From Pyrinomonadaceae bacterium (lineage in GTDB: Bacteria > Acidobacteriota > Blastocatellia > Pyrinomonadales > Pyrinomonadaceae), in contig DASSFI010000080.1 in the NCBI GenBank assembly GCA_035694465.1, positions 70,249 through 134,248 of the forward strand: a stretch of DNA of 64,000 bases, in the 5' to 3' direction. Shown one piece after another: positions 46,571-54,595 of the stretch (positions within the stretch are counted from its first letter, which is position 1; the number at the start of each line of letters is the position of its first letter). Position numbers and translations under genes: made by a program. The notes beneath the pieces were generated by a model. The model saw nothing but the letters and a program-made list of their open reading frames with translations, did not search any database and was not told the DNA's origin.

Positions 46571-48832
46571 ATGAGTAGTCGGAATGAAAATTTCCGCCGC
46601 GTTCTCGGGCGAGTGGTGCAGCAGGACTTTGTCGGTCGTGCTGCCGAACTCAATCGGATCATGGCGCACGCCGAACCTGCCAGGGCAGGGCGTGGGCTGC
46701 TATTGCTCATGGAACCTTCGGCCGGTGTCTCCGAACTTCTGCGTCAGGCTTACGATCGAATTTTCAACCGTCGTTCCGAAGTCATACCAATCTATTTCGC
46801 GATCACGCGCAACGAGACGACGGCAGTTAGCGCTGCCATCGAATTTCTCAACACCTTTCTTCAGCAATACATCGCCTATCGCCGCGATGAGCCGGTCGTC
46901 TCTGATGCACCGTTAACATTGCACGACCTCGTCGAACTCGCGCCGGCCGCGGATCTCGAATGGATCGAACAACTCGTCGAATCGTATAACCGTCTGCGCT
47001 TCAGTAACGACGACAAAGCGCTCGTGCGTTTCTGTCTCGGTGCGCCGCAAAGAATCCCGGCGGTGCGCGGGCGCGCTTTCGTCATGCTCGACGGCTCGCA
47101 ACTCGCGGAGTATCTCAACGGCGCGGTGGTGCTGGGCACTGAAATACTCAGAGTGTTTGCGCGTGGAGGCTTTTCCTTTGTACTCGCCGGACTGCGTCGC
47201 CAGATACTCGAAGCCGCACACGACGCAAATTACAACTTCGAACTGCTCGACATTCTGCGTCTCGAACAACTCGACGCCGCGGAAGCAGCGAAACTCGTCG
47301 AACACGTCGCGCGACGCCAGCAAGTAGCAACCAGCGAGGCGGCGCGCGATCTGATCGTGCAACAGTTTGCCGGTAGTCCATTCTTCATCAACATCTATCT
47401 TCAGGCAGCGCGCGAGAAACACGCACCGTTAAACTCGTATCTCGATTGCGAACGACTCTACGTCGACGAGCTTTTCGGCGGTCACATTCATCGTCACTTT
47501 GCGGATCTGCTTGAAGAGATTTCGCCTCGTCTCGATACGCGCCACCTCTTGATCCGCCTGCTCTGGGAAGCTGTAGCAGGCGAGGATCCGATTTCGTCGT
47601 TTGAGCTTTGGCGTAAACGTCTGCACATGGCCGCTACCGAGCTCGAAGATCTTTTGCATCGATTGCATGTGCAGGAATTTGTTAACTGGGACGAAACCAC
47701 GATCGAAGCCGGCAGCGGTTCCCAAGCGTGGAAAGACTATTTGAAGATTCGTTATCGCCTCGACGTGTTGAGTGAACCGCGTGCCTTGGTCGTTGCAGAC
47801 ATGCTGGCCGACTCGCTCAAACGCGCACCACACACGATGGCGCGTCATTACAAGCAGATCGCAAACGCAGGTCTGCGTGATTTGATCTCCAGATTCAATT
47901 GCCAGCAAGTACCGGCCGTGCTTTTCGATTACAAGACTTTCAGCGAGAAGTATAAAGGCGCCGAGAGTGAAACCATTGTTTCTGGTCTCGCAGCCGAGAC
48001 TGACTCCTTGAAGCTTCCGCAAACCATCCACCTCGCGACCTGCTCGGCATTTATCAGTGACATGCGACAGCTCTGCGAAGACGAGCACTGCCTCGTCGCG
48101 CACACGTTTGAAGGAGCGACGTACACAGACGCGCAGGAAGTGATCTGGCTGGCTGCTGACATTGAGTCGAAGCTTGAAGTCGATGTTGCTGTTGCTCGCG
48201 CCTGGTGCGACAGGTTTGAAAGTATGGCCGAACGGCTCGGTTTCAGCCGTTACCAGATCTGGTTGATTTCCAACGAAGGATTTTCGGCAGACGCGAGTAA
48301 CCTCTTGGAGCGGCGCAAGGCGCTCGGTTCGAGTCGCCAGCAACTGGAACTGCTCGCATCGCGTGTGCGCGATAGCGTACATAGCGCAGTGGTCGAAACT
48401 GAAGGTCCCGATGAATTCATGATGGTGGTGCCGATGGGTGAGGACAACGAACTCATTGCTGCGAGCACTGCTGAGCAGATTGCGAAGCGACTAACTTTTC
48501 GTCCGGAGGCCATTAATCAGATAAAAACAGCCATTGTTGAGGCTTGTATAAACGCTTCCGAACATAGTTTCAGCCCGGATCGAAAAATTTATCAACGTTT
48601 TCGCGTCGAAAGTGATAGATTAGTCATCACTATTTCGAGTCGCGGCATCGTGCCGACCAATCTTAACGGCACGAAAAGCGGAGCAGAAGCCAAAGAGGTG
48701 GCGGAAGAGAGACGCGGTTGGGGACTTAAACTCATCCGGACACTCATGGATGAGGTCGAGTTTGAACGGGTCGACGACGGCACCAGTTTGCGCATGACGA
48801 AATATCTGCGGCCTCAAAAAGAGAGCGCGTAG
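46571..48832 (+). CDS. Large signalling protein: degenerate STAND/archaeal-type ATPase-like N-terminus, DUF234-like middle, C-terminal RsbW/SpoIIAB-like HATPase_c domain
   Basis: N-terminus FVGRAAELNRI...LLLLMEPSAGVSELL matches the FVGR-E-L...GxxGxGKS layout but lacks the GK. C-terminus has the N-box EACINASEHS and G2-like RRGWGLKLIRTLMDEV. Confidence 0.7.
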   Translation: MSSRNENFRRVLGRVVQQDFVGRAAELNRIMAHAEPARAGRGLLLLMEPSAGVSELLRQAYDRIFNRRSEVIPIYFAITRNETTAVSAAIEFLNTFLQQYIAYRRDEPVVSDAPLTLHDLVELAPAADLEWIEQLVESYNRLRFSNDDKALVRFCLGAPQRIPAVRGRAFVMLDGSQLAEYLNGAVVLGTEILRVFARGGFSFVLAGLRRQILEAAHDANYNFELLDILRLEQLDAAEAAKLVEHVARRQQVATSEAARDLIVQQFAGSPFFINIYLQAAREKHAPLNSYLDCERLYVDELFGGHIHRHFADLLEEISPRLDTRHLLIRLLWEAVAGEDPISSFELWRKRLHMAATELEDLLHRLHVQEFVNWDETTIEAGSGSQAWKDYLKIRYRLDVLSEPRALVVADMLADSLKRAPHTMARHYKQIANAGLRDLISRFNCQQVPAVLFDYKTFSEKYKGAESETIVSGLAAETDSLKLPQTIHLATCSAFISDMRQLCEDEHCLVAHTFEGATYTDAQEVIWLAADIESKLEVDVAVARAWCDRFESMAERLGFSRYQIWLISNEGFSADASNLLERRKALGSSRQQLELLASRVRDSVHSAVVETEGPDEFMMVVPMGEDNELIAASTAEQIAKRLTFRPEAINQIKTAIVEACINASEHSFSPDRKIYQRFRVESDRLVITISSRGIVPTNLNGTKSGAEAKEVAEERRGWGLKLIRTLMDEVEFERVDDGTSLRMTKYLRPQKESA

Positions 48833-48864
48833 AGATCAAGCGGGTCGAGTAACAGAAAAATCAA

Positions 48865-48891
48865 TTTGCGTTTTTAGTGCCTTTTCGTGGC
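48865..48891. repeat. Family B single arm (variant)
   Basis: tttgcgtttttagtgccttttcgtggc, upstream of and overlapping the STAS ORF start. Confidence 0.55.
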
Positions 48892-49303
48892 TACATTCGA
48901 AGCAGGAGGGAGCTATCGAGTGGATACACCAAGTGGAGGGCTAGTACGCTCGCACTGTGTTGGCACCACCGCTGTTGTTTACGCTAGCGATTACCTTAAC
49001 AAGCTAACCGGTGAAAAGATTGAGCGTGAGTGTCGCCGGCAACTCAGTTGCGGTTGCCGTGCACTAGTCATCGACTTTAGCGACACCAAACTAGTTAACA
49101 GCATAGGGATCTCAATTCTCCTCGGCATCATCGACGTTGCTGAAAAAAGCGGCGCCCGGATTGCCTTTTCGGAAGTCAACAATCAAACAGTCCAGTTGTT
49201 CGAAATGCTTGGACTGACCCGCCATGTTGTACTCGCGAAGGACGAACGAGAAGCACTGATCAATCTTTCGCGTTTTGAGGCTACTACTCCCGTAGTCCAT
49301 TGA
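48887..49303 (+). CDS. STAS-domain protein (anti-sigma-factor antagonist type)
   Basis: VIDFSDTKLVNSIGISILLG matches the SpoIIAA/RsbV phospho-serine region (Ser in NSIG). An alternative GTG start at 48920 lies 9 nt after AGGAGGG. The first codons overlap a Family B repeat arm. Confidence 0.75.
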   Translation: MATFEAGGSYRVDTPSGGLVRSHCVGTTAVVYASDYLNKLTGEKIERECRRQLSCGCRALVIDFSDTKLVNSIGISILLGIIDVAEKSGARIAFSEVNNQTVQLFEMLGLTRHVVLAKDEREALINLSRFEATTPVVH

Positions 49304-49307
49304 ACAC

Positions 49308-50576
49308 ATGGAGCCTTCAACCCAGAAACTCATCCACACATTTGGAGCCCTCGCCGACTTAGGACAGGAAATTGCCGGCACCGGCGATTTCAACGAGATG
49401 GTGCGGACGTCAATGCACCTCCTGCTCGGCACGCTCGCGCTGCGACGTGGCGCGGTGGTCGAATGCAATGGACCTGGACCACTGCGTTGTGTATCGATCT
49501 GGGGACTCGGCGATCAGTTCTTCAGCGGCGTCGATATTGATGAACCCGAGATGAAGGCCTTTCTCGCCGGCGAGATCTCCGATTCACTCGTGCAGAATAC
49601 TTCGAGCTCGAATCCGTTTCTCGGTCGTTATCGCGAAGCGCTGGCGGGCGAGGGAATCGAACTCGTGCTGCCGATGATCGTGCGCGGTGAAGTTACAGGG
49701 TTAGTGCTGCTTGGCGGGAAGGCGAGTGGTGAGGAATTTTCGAACGACGATTTCGACACCATTCGCGCGATGGTTCGTCATATCGGCGTCGGCATTCACA
49801 CGCATCGACTGCTCGAACAAGTGGCCCAACGCGCCGAAGAGAATCGCAGACTGTACGATGAACTGCGCGCGATCTATCGCGATACCGTGCAGGCTTTCGC
49901 GGCGGCGATCGATATCAAAGACAAGTACACCCAGGGTCACTCGGAACGCGTCGGCAGGTACAGCGAGATCATCGCGCGTGAAATGGGTTGGAGTGAAGAA
50001 GAAGTCGAAGGAATCCAGATCGCAGGTTACCTGCACGACATCGGAAAACTGATTGTCGACCGCGACATCATCAACGCGCCTTATCACATCGATGCGAAGA
50101 GTTCGAGTGAGTTGAATCGGCATCCAGCCGCCGGTTACGAGATTCTTTCGCCGATCAGGCATCCTTACGCGGACATTCCGTTGATGGCGAAATACCATCA
50201 CGAGCGACTCGACGGTCGTGGCTATCCGGACGGGTTAACGGACGAGCAGATTCCACTCGGCGCGAAGATCGTGTCGCTCGCGGATTCATTCGATGCAATG
50301 ACAACCGATCGGCCGTACCGGCGTCGTCGATCGTTCGAAGATGTTGTACGCGATCTGCGGGAGAGTAGTGGTAAGCAATTCGACGGCAAGGTCGTCGCCG
50401 CGTTCGCGAGAGCGATCCTGAAAGAGGTCAAGGGGGAAACAAAAGAACGACGGGTAACGAAGATGCTCGGCAAAGGCTATCTCGAAGGCGAACAAGTCGC
50501 CACCCTACTCACTGATCTCATCACCGATCTCGAAAACGAGGTCACCCGAAAAAGCGCAACCGCCCAAACTACTTAA
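49308..50576 (+). CDS. GAF plus HD-GYP c-di-GMP phosphodiesterase-type protein
   Basis: Starts 4 nt after the STAS stop. HDIGKLIVDRDI ... HHERLDGRGYPDGL motifs follow an N-terminal GAF-like domain. Confidence 0.85.
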   Translation: MEPSTQKLIHTFGALADLGQEIAGTGDFNEMVRTSMHLLLGTLALRRGAVVECNGPGPLRCVSIWGLGDQFFSGVDIDEPEMKAFLAGEISDSLVQNTSSSNPFLGRYREALAGEGIELVLPMIVRGEVTGLVLLGGKASGEEFSNDDFDTIRAMVRHIGVGIHTHRLLEQVAQRAEENRRLYDELRAIYRDTVQAFAAAIDIKDKYTQGHSERVGRYSEIIAREMGWSEEEVEGIQIAGYLHDIGKLIVDRDIINAPYHIDAKSSSELNRHPAAGYEILSPIRHPYADIPLMAKYHHERLDGRGYPDGLTDEQIPLGAKIVSLADSFDAMTTDRPYRRRRSFEDVVRDLRESSGKQFDGKVVAAFARAILKEVKGETKERRVTKMLGKGYLEGEQVATLLTDLITDLENEVTRKSATAQTT

Positions 50577-50582
50577 CCCACA

Positions 50583-50609
50583 TTCTGTGTTTTTGTGCCT
50601 TACTGTGGC
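50583..50609. repeat. Family B single arm (variant) between convergent operons
   Basis: ttctgtgtttttgtgccttactgtggc. Contains the stop of the FHA gene. Confidence 0.55.
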
Positions 50610-51478
50610 TGGATCCGGATCGTGAAATTGCAGATCGCAATCCTCTGATCCGCCGTGACCTCGGTCGGAGCTTCCCGCGTTAATTCTTTCCCATTAACAA
50701 GCGTCGGATTGCGGCCCTTCGCCACCACCCAGTAGCGCCCCTCGTTGTCTCGCGAGAGCACTGCATGCACGCGACTGACTTCCGGATCACCCTTGATCGG
50801 CAAATCCACCGAGATACTTCGTGAACCTCGCCCGATCGTTATCTCATTCTTCATGATCGGCACCACCGCTTCGCGCACGCCGTTCTGCCAGATCTCAACC
50901 TGAAAAAGCGGCGCCGCTTTCGGTCGCACTACTGTCTGCTCGCTTTCACTCACATCCGAAGCACGCTCGACCACCGTGTCGTTGAGACTAAACGCCGGCG
51001 CTGTGCGTGAGGGATCCACACGCGGCGTCACCATCGTGTGTCCGCTTTCGGTTTCATCCCAAACTGCCTGCACCCGAAACTCGCCTTTGTTGAGCGTTCC
51101 GTCAACACGCAGCTCAACTGCGAACGATTTGACTGCGAGTTGAGTTTGCCCGCTCAATTCGCGCGCCCGCTCCGACAAAACATGAAAGAGACCCTGCTCG
51201 AGTCCACGTCGTTTATCACCCTGCCATTCCTTGTCGTCGTCGGCGCTCAGGTAAACAATGTACTCGCGCGGAATGTAAGTTGGGCCACCTGGCGGCGTGA
51301 ACATCTCGCGCTGCATCGCCGCTTCGACTTCGCGCGCAATCTTCACCAAGAACTCTTCCCAAACGCGCCGGGGTTTAGCGTGCTCGTCAGCGGCTTCGAG
51401 TAGATCCTCGCCGGTTTCACCATCTATCCATTTTCTAATCGATTCCAGCAGACCCAAGCTATCGCTCCTTCTCCGCAC
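50600..51478 (-). CDS. FhaA-like protein: DUF3662-type N-terminal domain plus C-terminal FHA domain
   Basis: C-terminus ITIGRG...VSRVHAVL...NPTLVNG is a canonical FHA pattern. The N-terminal half resembles the FhaA N-domain. Confidence 0.8.
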   Translation of the reverse strand: MRRRSDSLGLLESIRKWIDGETGEDLLEAADEHAKPRRVWEEFLVKIAREVEAAMQREMFTPPGGPTYIPREYIVYLSADDDKEWQGDKRRGLEQGLFHVLSERARELSGQTQLAVKSFAVELRVDGTLNKGEFRVQAVWDETESGHTMVTPRVDPSRTAPAFSLNDTVVERASDVSESEQTVVRPKAAPLFQVEIWQNGVREAVVPIMKNEITIGRGSRSISVDLPIKGDPEVSRVHAVLSRDNEGRYWVVAKGRNPTLVNGKELTREAPTEVTADQRIAICNFTIRIQPQ

Positions 51479-51483
51479 TCAAT

Positions 51484-53037
51484 CTAATCAAACTTAACGT
51501 ATCGCTTGTTGACCCAGCCACGGTCCGACGAATAGGGATCGGTCTTCGGTCTGCCGTGTTGCACCACCTGCACTTCATACCAGTTGCTATTGCTATCAGC
51601 GCTCAAGACTTTCACTTTTGAACCCGACTCAGCCAAGCCAATCGGCAAATTCGAGCTGTTCGCCACTGGCCGCAGATTGACGTCGGTAGTGGTAACGCCT
51701 TCACGACCAATTATCACCGGCTCGACATTTTGAGCAATCGGAGCAAGCGGATTCCAGCGCGTCGTTACATACTTGTGGGTCGCGAGCAGCATGCCGGAGA
51801 ACGCGAGGATCAACCCAACGGCAACGAGAGCACGACGCTTTTTACTGGCCGGCAAGACTGATTCAACCGTCGACATCTTCTGCGGCCGTCGTTCACTTTG
51901 CGCAGCCTCCATTTCCTGACGTGCACGCATTTCCATCTGCCGTTGCACTTCGCGATTGATGGGAACCACGATACGCGGACGTTTGCCCGTATCGAGATCG
52001 GCAGGCTCAATCCGCGGTACGTCGAAGTGGGGTCGAGGCGGCGCCGCTTCAGTAAACTCCTCTTCAGGTTCTACCGAAAGATCCTCGCTCGGCTTGCGTC
52101 TCATTTCCTGGACCACGGCGGCGGGAACCATCTGGAGCGGCTTCGTGGCCGGCAGACCCGCGTCGGCGATGTCGTCCCAGAATTCTTCAACCGTTTGATA
52201 ACGTGCTTCAGGACGATTCTGCGTCGCTTTCTCCAGCACGCGCACGACTGACTTCGCCCAGGGAGTGTTATTGATTTGCGCCGGTAATTCAGTGATCGCA
52301 TGCTGCGCAAAGCGACGCGGTGATTCTCCAGCCAGGAGTGTGTAAGTCGTTTTTGCGAGTGAATAGATATCAGCGGCCGGTGACAGGTGATCGTGACGTA
52401 TTCGCAAGCCGCTCGTATCGAGCTGACCGGTCTGCATCAACGGATTATGTTCCGGTGCTGAATAGATGTTGGTTCCCACTCGCGTGATCGCGCCTTCAGT
52501 GGCATCGATGCGAGCGACGCCGAAGTCGGCAATCTTGACGAGTTCTTTGTCGGCAGTCAGCAACAGGTTTTGCGGTTTGATATCTCGATGAATGACGCCA
52601 CATTTGTGCGCGTGCGCGAGACCGGAACAGACCTGTTCGAGATAGAACAAGGCTCGCTGAAGGGATAGCGGCCGCGTCTTGGTGAGTGCAAAAAGATCGC
52701 CGCCGGGAAGATACTCGAGCACGATGTAGTGAAAAGTGGTGCCCGTGAGATCGATGGCAGTGCCGTGTCCGAGACGATTTATTACATTTGGATGACGGAC
52801 GCGATCGAGCGCCACTGCTTCATTTTGAAAATTTGTGACGAGAGTTCGCTCCAGTTCCGCGTCTGGTTCGTCCTGGAGATGTAGATTTAGAGCCTTGATA
52901 ACGATTGTGCGCGGAGCACCTTCGACAGCAGCATTATCATTCGCGACGTAGATCTCGGCATAGCTGCCACGTCCGAGGCATTCGACGATATCGTAGCGAC
53001 CGTCGAGTCTGCTGTTTTGAAGTCTCAGTTCAGCCAT
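51484..53037 (-). CDS. Transmembrane Ser/Thr protein kinase with extracytoplasmic SH3b-like domain
   Basis: Hanks kinase motifs GRGSYAEIY, VIKAL, HRDIKPQNLL, DFG and APE. One TM helix. C-terminus VNLRPVANSS...NWYEVQV...GWVNKRYV is SH3_3-like. Start moved to ATG 53037 because the upstream codons are repeat-encoded. Confidence 0.85.
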   Translation of the reverse strand: MAELRLQNSRLDGRYDIVECLGRGSYAEIYVANDNAAVEGAPRTIVIKALNLHLQDEPDAELERTLVTNFQNEAVALDRVRHPNVINRLGHGTAIDLTGTTFHYIVLEYLPGGDLFALTKTRPLSLQRALFYLEQVCSGLAHAHKCGVIHRDIKPQNLLLTADKELVKIADFGVARIDATEGAITRVGTNIYSAPEHNPLMQTGQLDTSGLRIRHDHLSPAADIYSLAKTTYTLLAGESPRRFAQHAITELPAQINNTPWAKSVVRVLEKATQNRPEARYQTVEEFWDDIADAGLPATKPLQMVPAAVVQEMRRKPSEDLSVEPEEEFTEAAPPRPHFDVPRIEPADLDTGKRPRIVVPINREVQRQMEMRARQEMEAAQSERRPQKMSTVESVLPASKKRRALVAVGLILAFSGMLLATHKYVTTRWNPLAPIAQNVEPVIIGREGVTTTDVNLRPVANSSNLPIGLAESGSKVKVLSADSNSNWYEVQVVQHGRPKTDPYSSDRGWVNKRYVKFD

Positions 53038-53044
53038 TTTTATT

Positions 53045-53070
53045 GCCACAAAAAGGCACAAAAGCACAAG
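53045..53070. repeat. Family B single arm (consensus-like)
   Basis: gccacaaaaaggcacaaaagcacaag, in the PP2C-kinase junction. Confidence 0.75.
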
Positions 53071-53089
53071 ATCGCACGCTTAGATGCAG

Positions 53090-54595
53090 TTAGGGAGCAT
53101 TGCTGTTGGTGGGAGGTTTGGTTAGCTCGTCGTAGTGGTTGAGCACCTTCCATCGATCCTTCTGCGTTTTCACACTGATCATGCTCAAGCCAAAAATCGC
53201 TTCCTTCTTAACTGTGGCGTTAGTGGGCGTAGGATTGAGATTCGACTTGGCGATGGCCGCGTCAAAAGCCTTGGTCGCCTCCTCGGTGTTTCCGGTCAGA
53301 AGATTTGCGCGACCGTAAAGATACAAAAATTCCGCATTCGGCGATTCAAGTGCATTCTGAACTCCGGCAGTCACCAATTCCTTTCCGACGTCACTCGCCA
53401 GCCACGCACGCGGATCCTGATCGACCTGGCGCCGCGCTCGCTCAAATTTCACAAAAGGCTCTTCGGGCGATGGAGTGGTAACGGGTGTTGCCGCCGGAGT
53501 CGGTTCGACCTTGGACGCGAGGAAGGGAATTCGTTCCTTGAAACGAGCGCCCGCATAAAACGCTCCGCCAATCAGTAGCAACACGAGCACTACAACAAAC
53601 GCCTTCGCCGCGCCACCACCGCTTTGTGCCGCCCCTGGTTCGGCTACGTTGAGTGGTTCGCTTGAAAGTGGTGTTACCTGAGCCGGTTCACTTGCCGGCG
53701 CAGGGAAGGCGATTCGCGAGGCCGGCAGGAACGTCGTGTCACCAAGTGCTGACCCATTGCCGGATTGTGCGGCGGCATAAGCTCGCTCTGTTTCGGGCGA
53801 GATCGTCGGTTCGAGATCGGCTGATCGCTCGTCGGCCCTGAGATGTTCGCCGACACGGATGGCGACGACGGTCAAGTTGTCTTCAGCGCCGCGATCGTAG
53901 CAACGTCGTTTGAGTTCACTGCACAGTTCGTCGAGGTTGTTGCTGACGACCATCAATTGGCGCAGTTCGTTATCAGAGACGTGACGTGTGATGCCATCCG
54001 TACAGAGCAGAAACTCCGTGCCGTCGTCGACCTCTATCGTCTTCATATCGACTTCGACGCCTTGTTCTGCGCCGAGAGCGCGACTGATCACGTTCTTGCT
54101 GGGATGATTTGCGGCCTGTTCCGGCGTCATGCGTCCGGCGCGTACTTCTTCTTCGACGATCGAGTGATCTTCAGTTTCGCGATGCAGTTGTCCGTCAGGA
54201 GTCAGCCGGTAGAGTCGCGAGTCGCCGACGTGACCGAACGTAGCGACGTTGCCCTTTAGATGAAGCGCAACAATCGTCGTCGCCATCATGGAAAACTTCG
54301 CGTGCTCCTGGGCCATCTGGTGGATCGAAGCGTTGGCGCGCTGGATCGCGAGCTCCATCAGGTCTTCAATGTCAGCGCCTTCAGTTTGATGACGAAACGC
54401 TTCATCGAGCACTTCGATCGCGGTTTGGGATGCGACTTCACCCGCTTCGGCGCCGCCAACGCCATCAGCTACCGCGAAGATTTGGCGCTCGCGGTCGTGC
54501 AAAAGGGCGTCCTCATTCAATGGTCGCCGTTCGTTCAGTCCGCGATCTGTAAGCGCTGCGGATTGGACCGCAAAGGTCCTGGTCTCTTCGCTCAT
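53090..54595 (-). CDS. PP2C-family Ser/Thr phosphatase with TM helix and extracytoplasmic helical domain
   Basis: NEDALL, FAVADGVGG and LLCTDG motifs. A TM helix (VVVLVLLLIGGAFYAGA) is followed by a helical, TPR-like tail. Confidence 0.85.
   Translation of the reverse strand: MSEETRTFAVQSAALTDRGLNERRPLNEDALLHDRERQIFAVADGVGGAEAGEVASQTAIEVLDEAFRHQTEGADIEDLMELAIQRANASIHQMAQEHAKFSMMATTIVALHLKGNVATFGHVGDSRLYRLTPDGQLHRETEDHSIVEEEVRAGRMTPEQAANHPSKNVISRALGAEQGVEVDMKTIEVDDGTEFLLCTDGITRHVSDNELRQLMVVSNNLDELCSELKRRCYDRGAEDNLTVVAIRVGEHLRADERSADLEPTISPETERAYAAAQSGNGSALGDTTFLPASRIAFPAPASEPAQVTPLSSEPLNVAEPGAAQSGGGAAKAFVVVLVLLLIGGAFYAGARFKERIPFLASKVEPTPAATPVTTPSPEEPFVKFERARRQVDQDPRAWLASDVGKELVTAGVQNALESPNAEFLYLYGRANLLTGNTEEATKAFDAAIAKSNLNPTPTNATVKKEAIFGLSMISVKTQKDRWKVLNHYDELTKPPTNSNAP

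Noticed and set aside
47429-48382. 317-aa antisense ORF inside the 753-aa signalling gene
   Set aside because: Arg/Cys-rich composition with no recognisable motif. It lies fully inside a sense ORF that has clear domain signatures. This is a typical shadow ORF in moderately GC-rich DNA.
53038-53067. Repeat-encoded N-terminal extensions of the kinase (MLLCLFVAIK) and of pdhA (18227-18265)
   Set aside because: The extra codons are simply Family B repeat read in frame. Internal ATGs give N-termini typical for these families.
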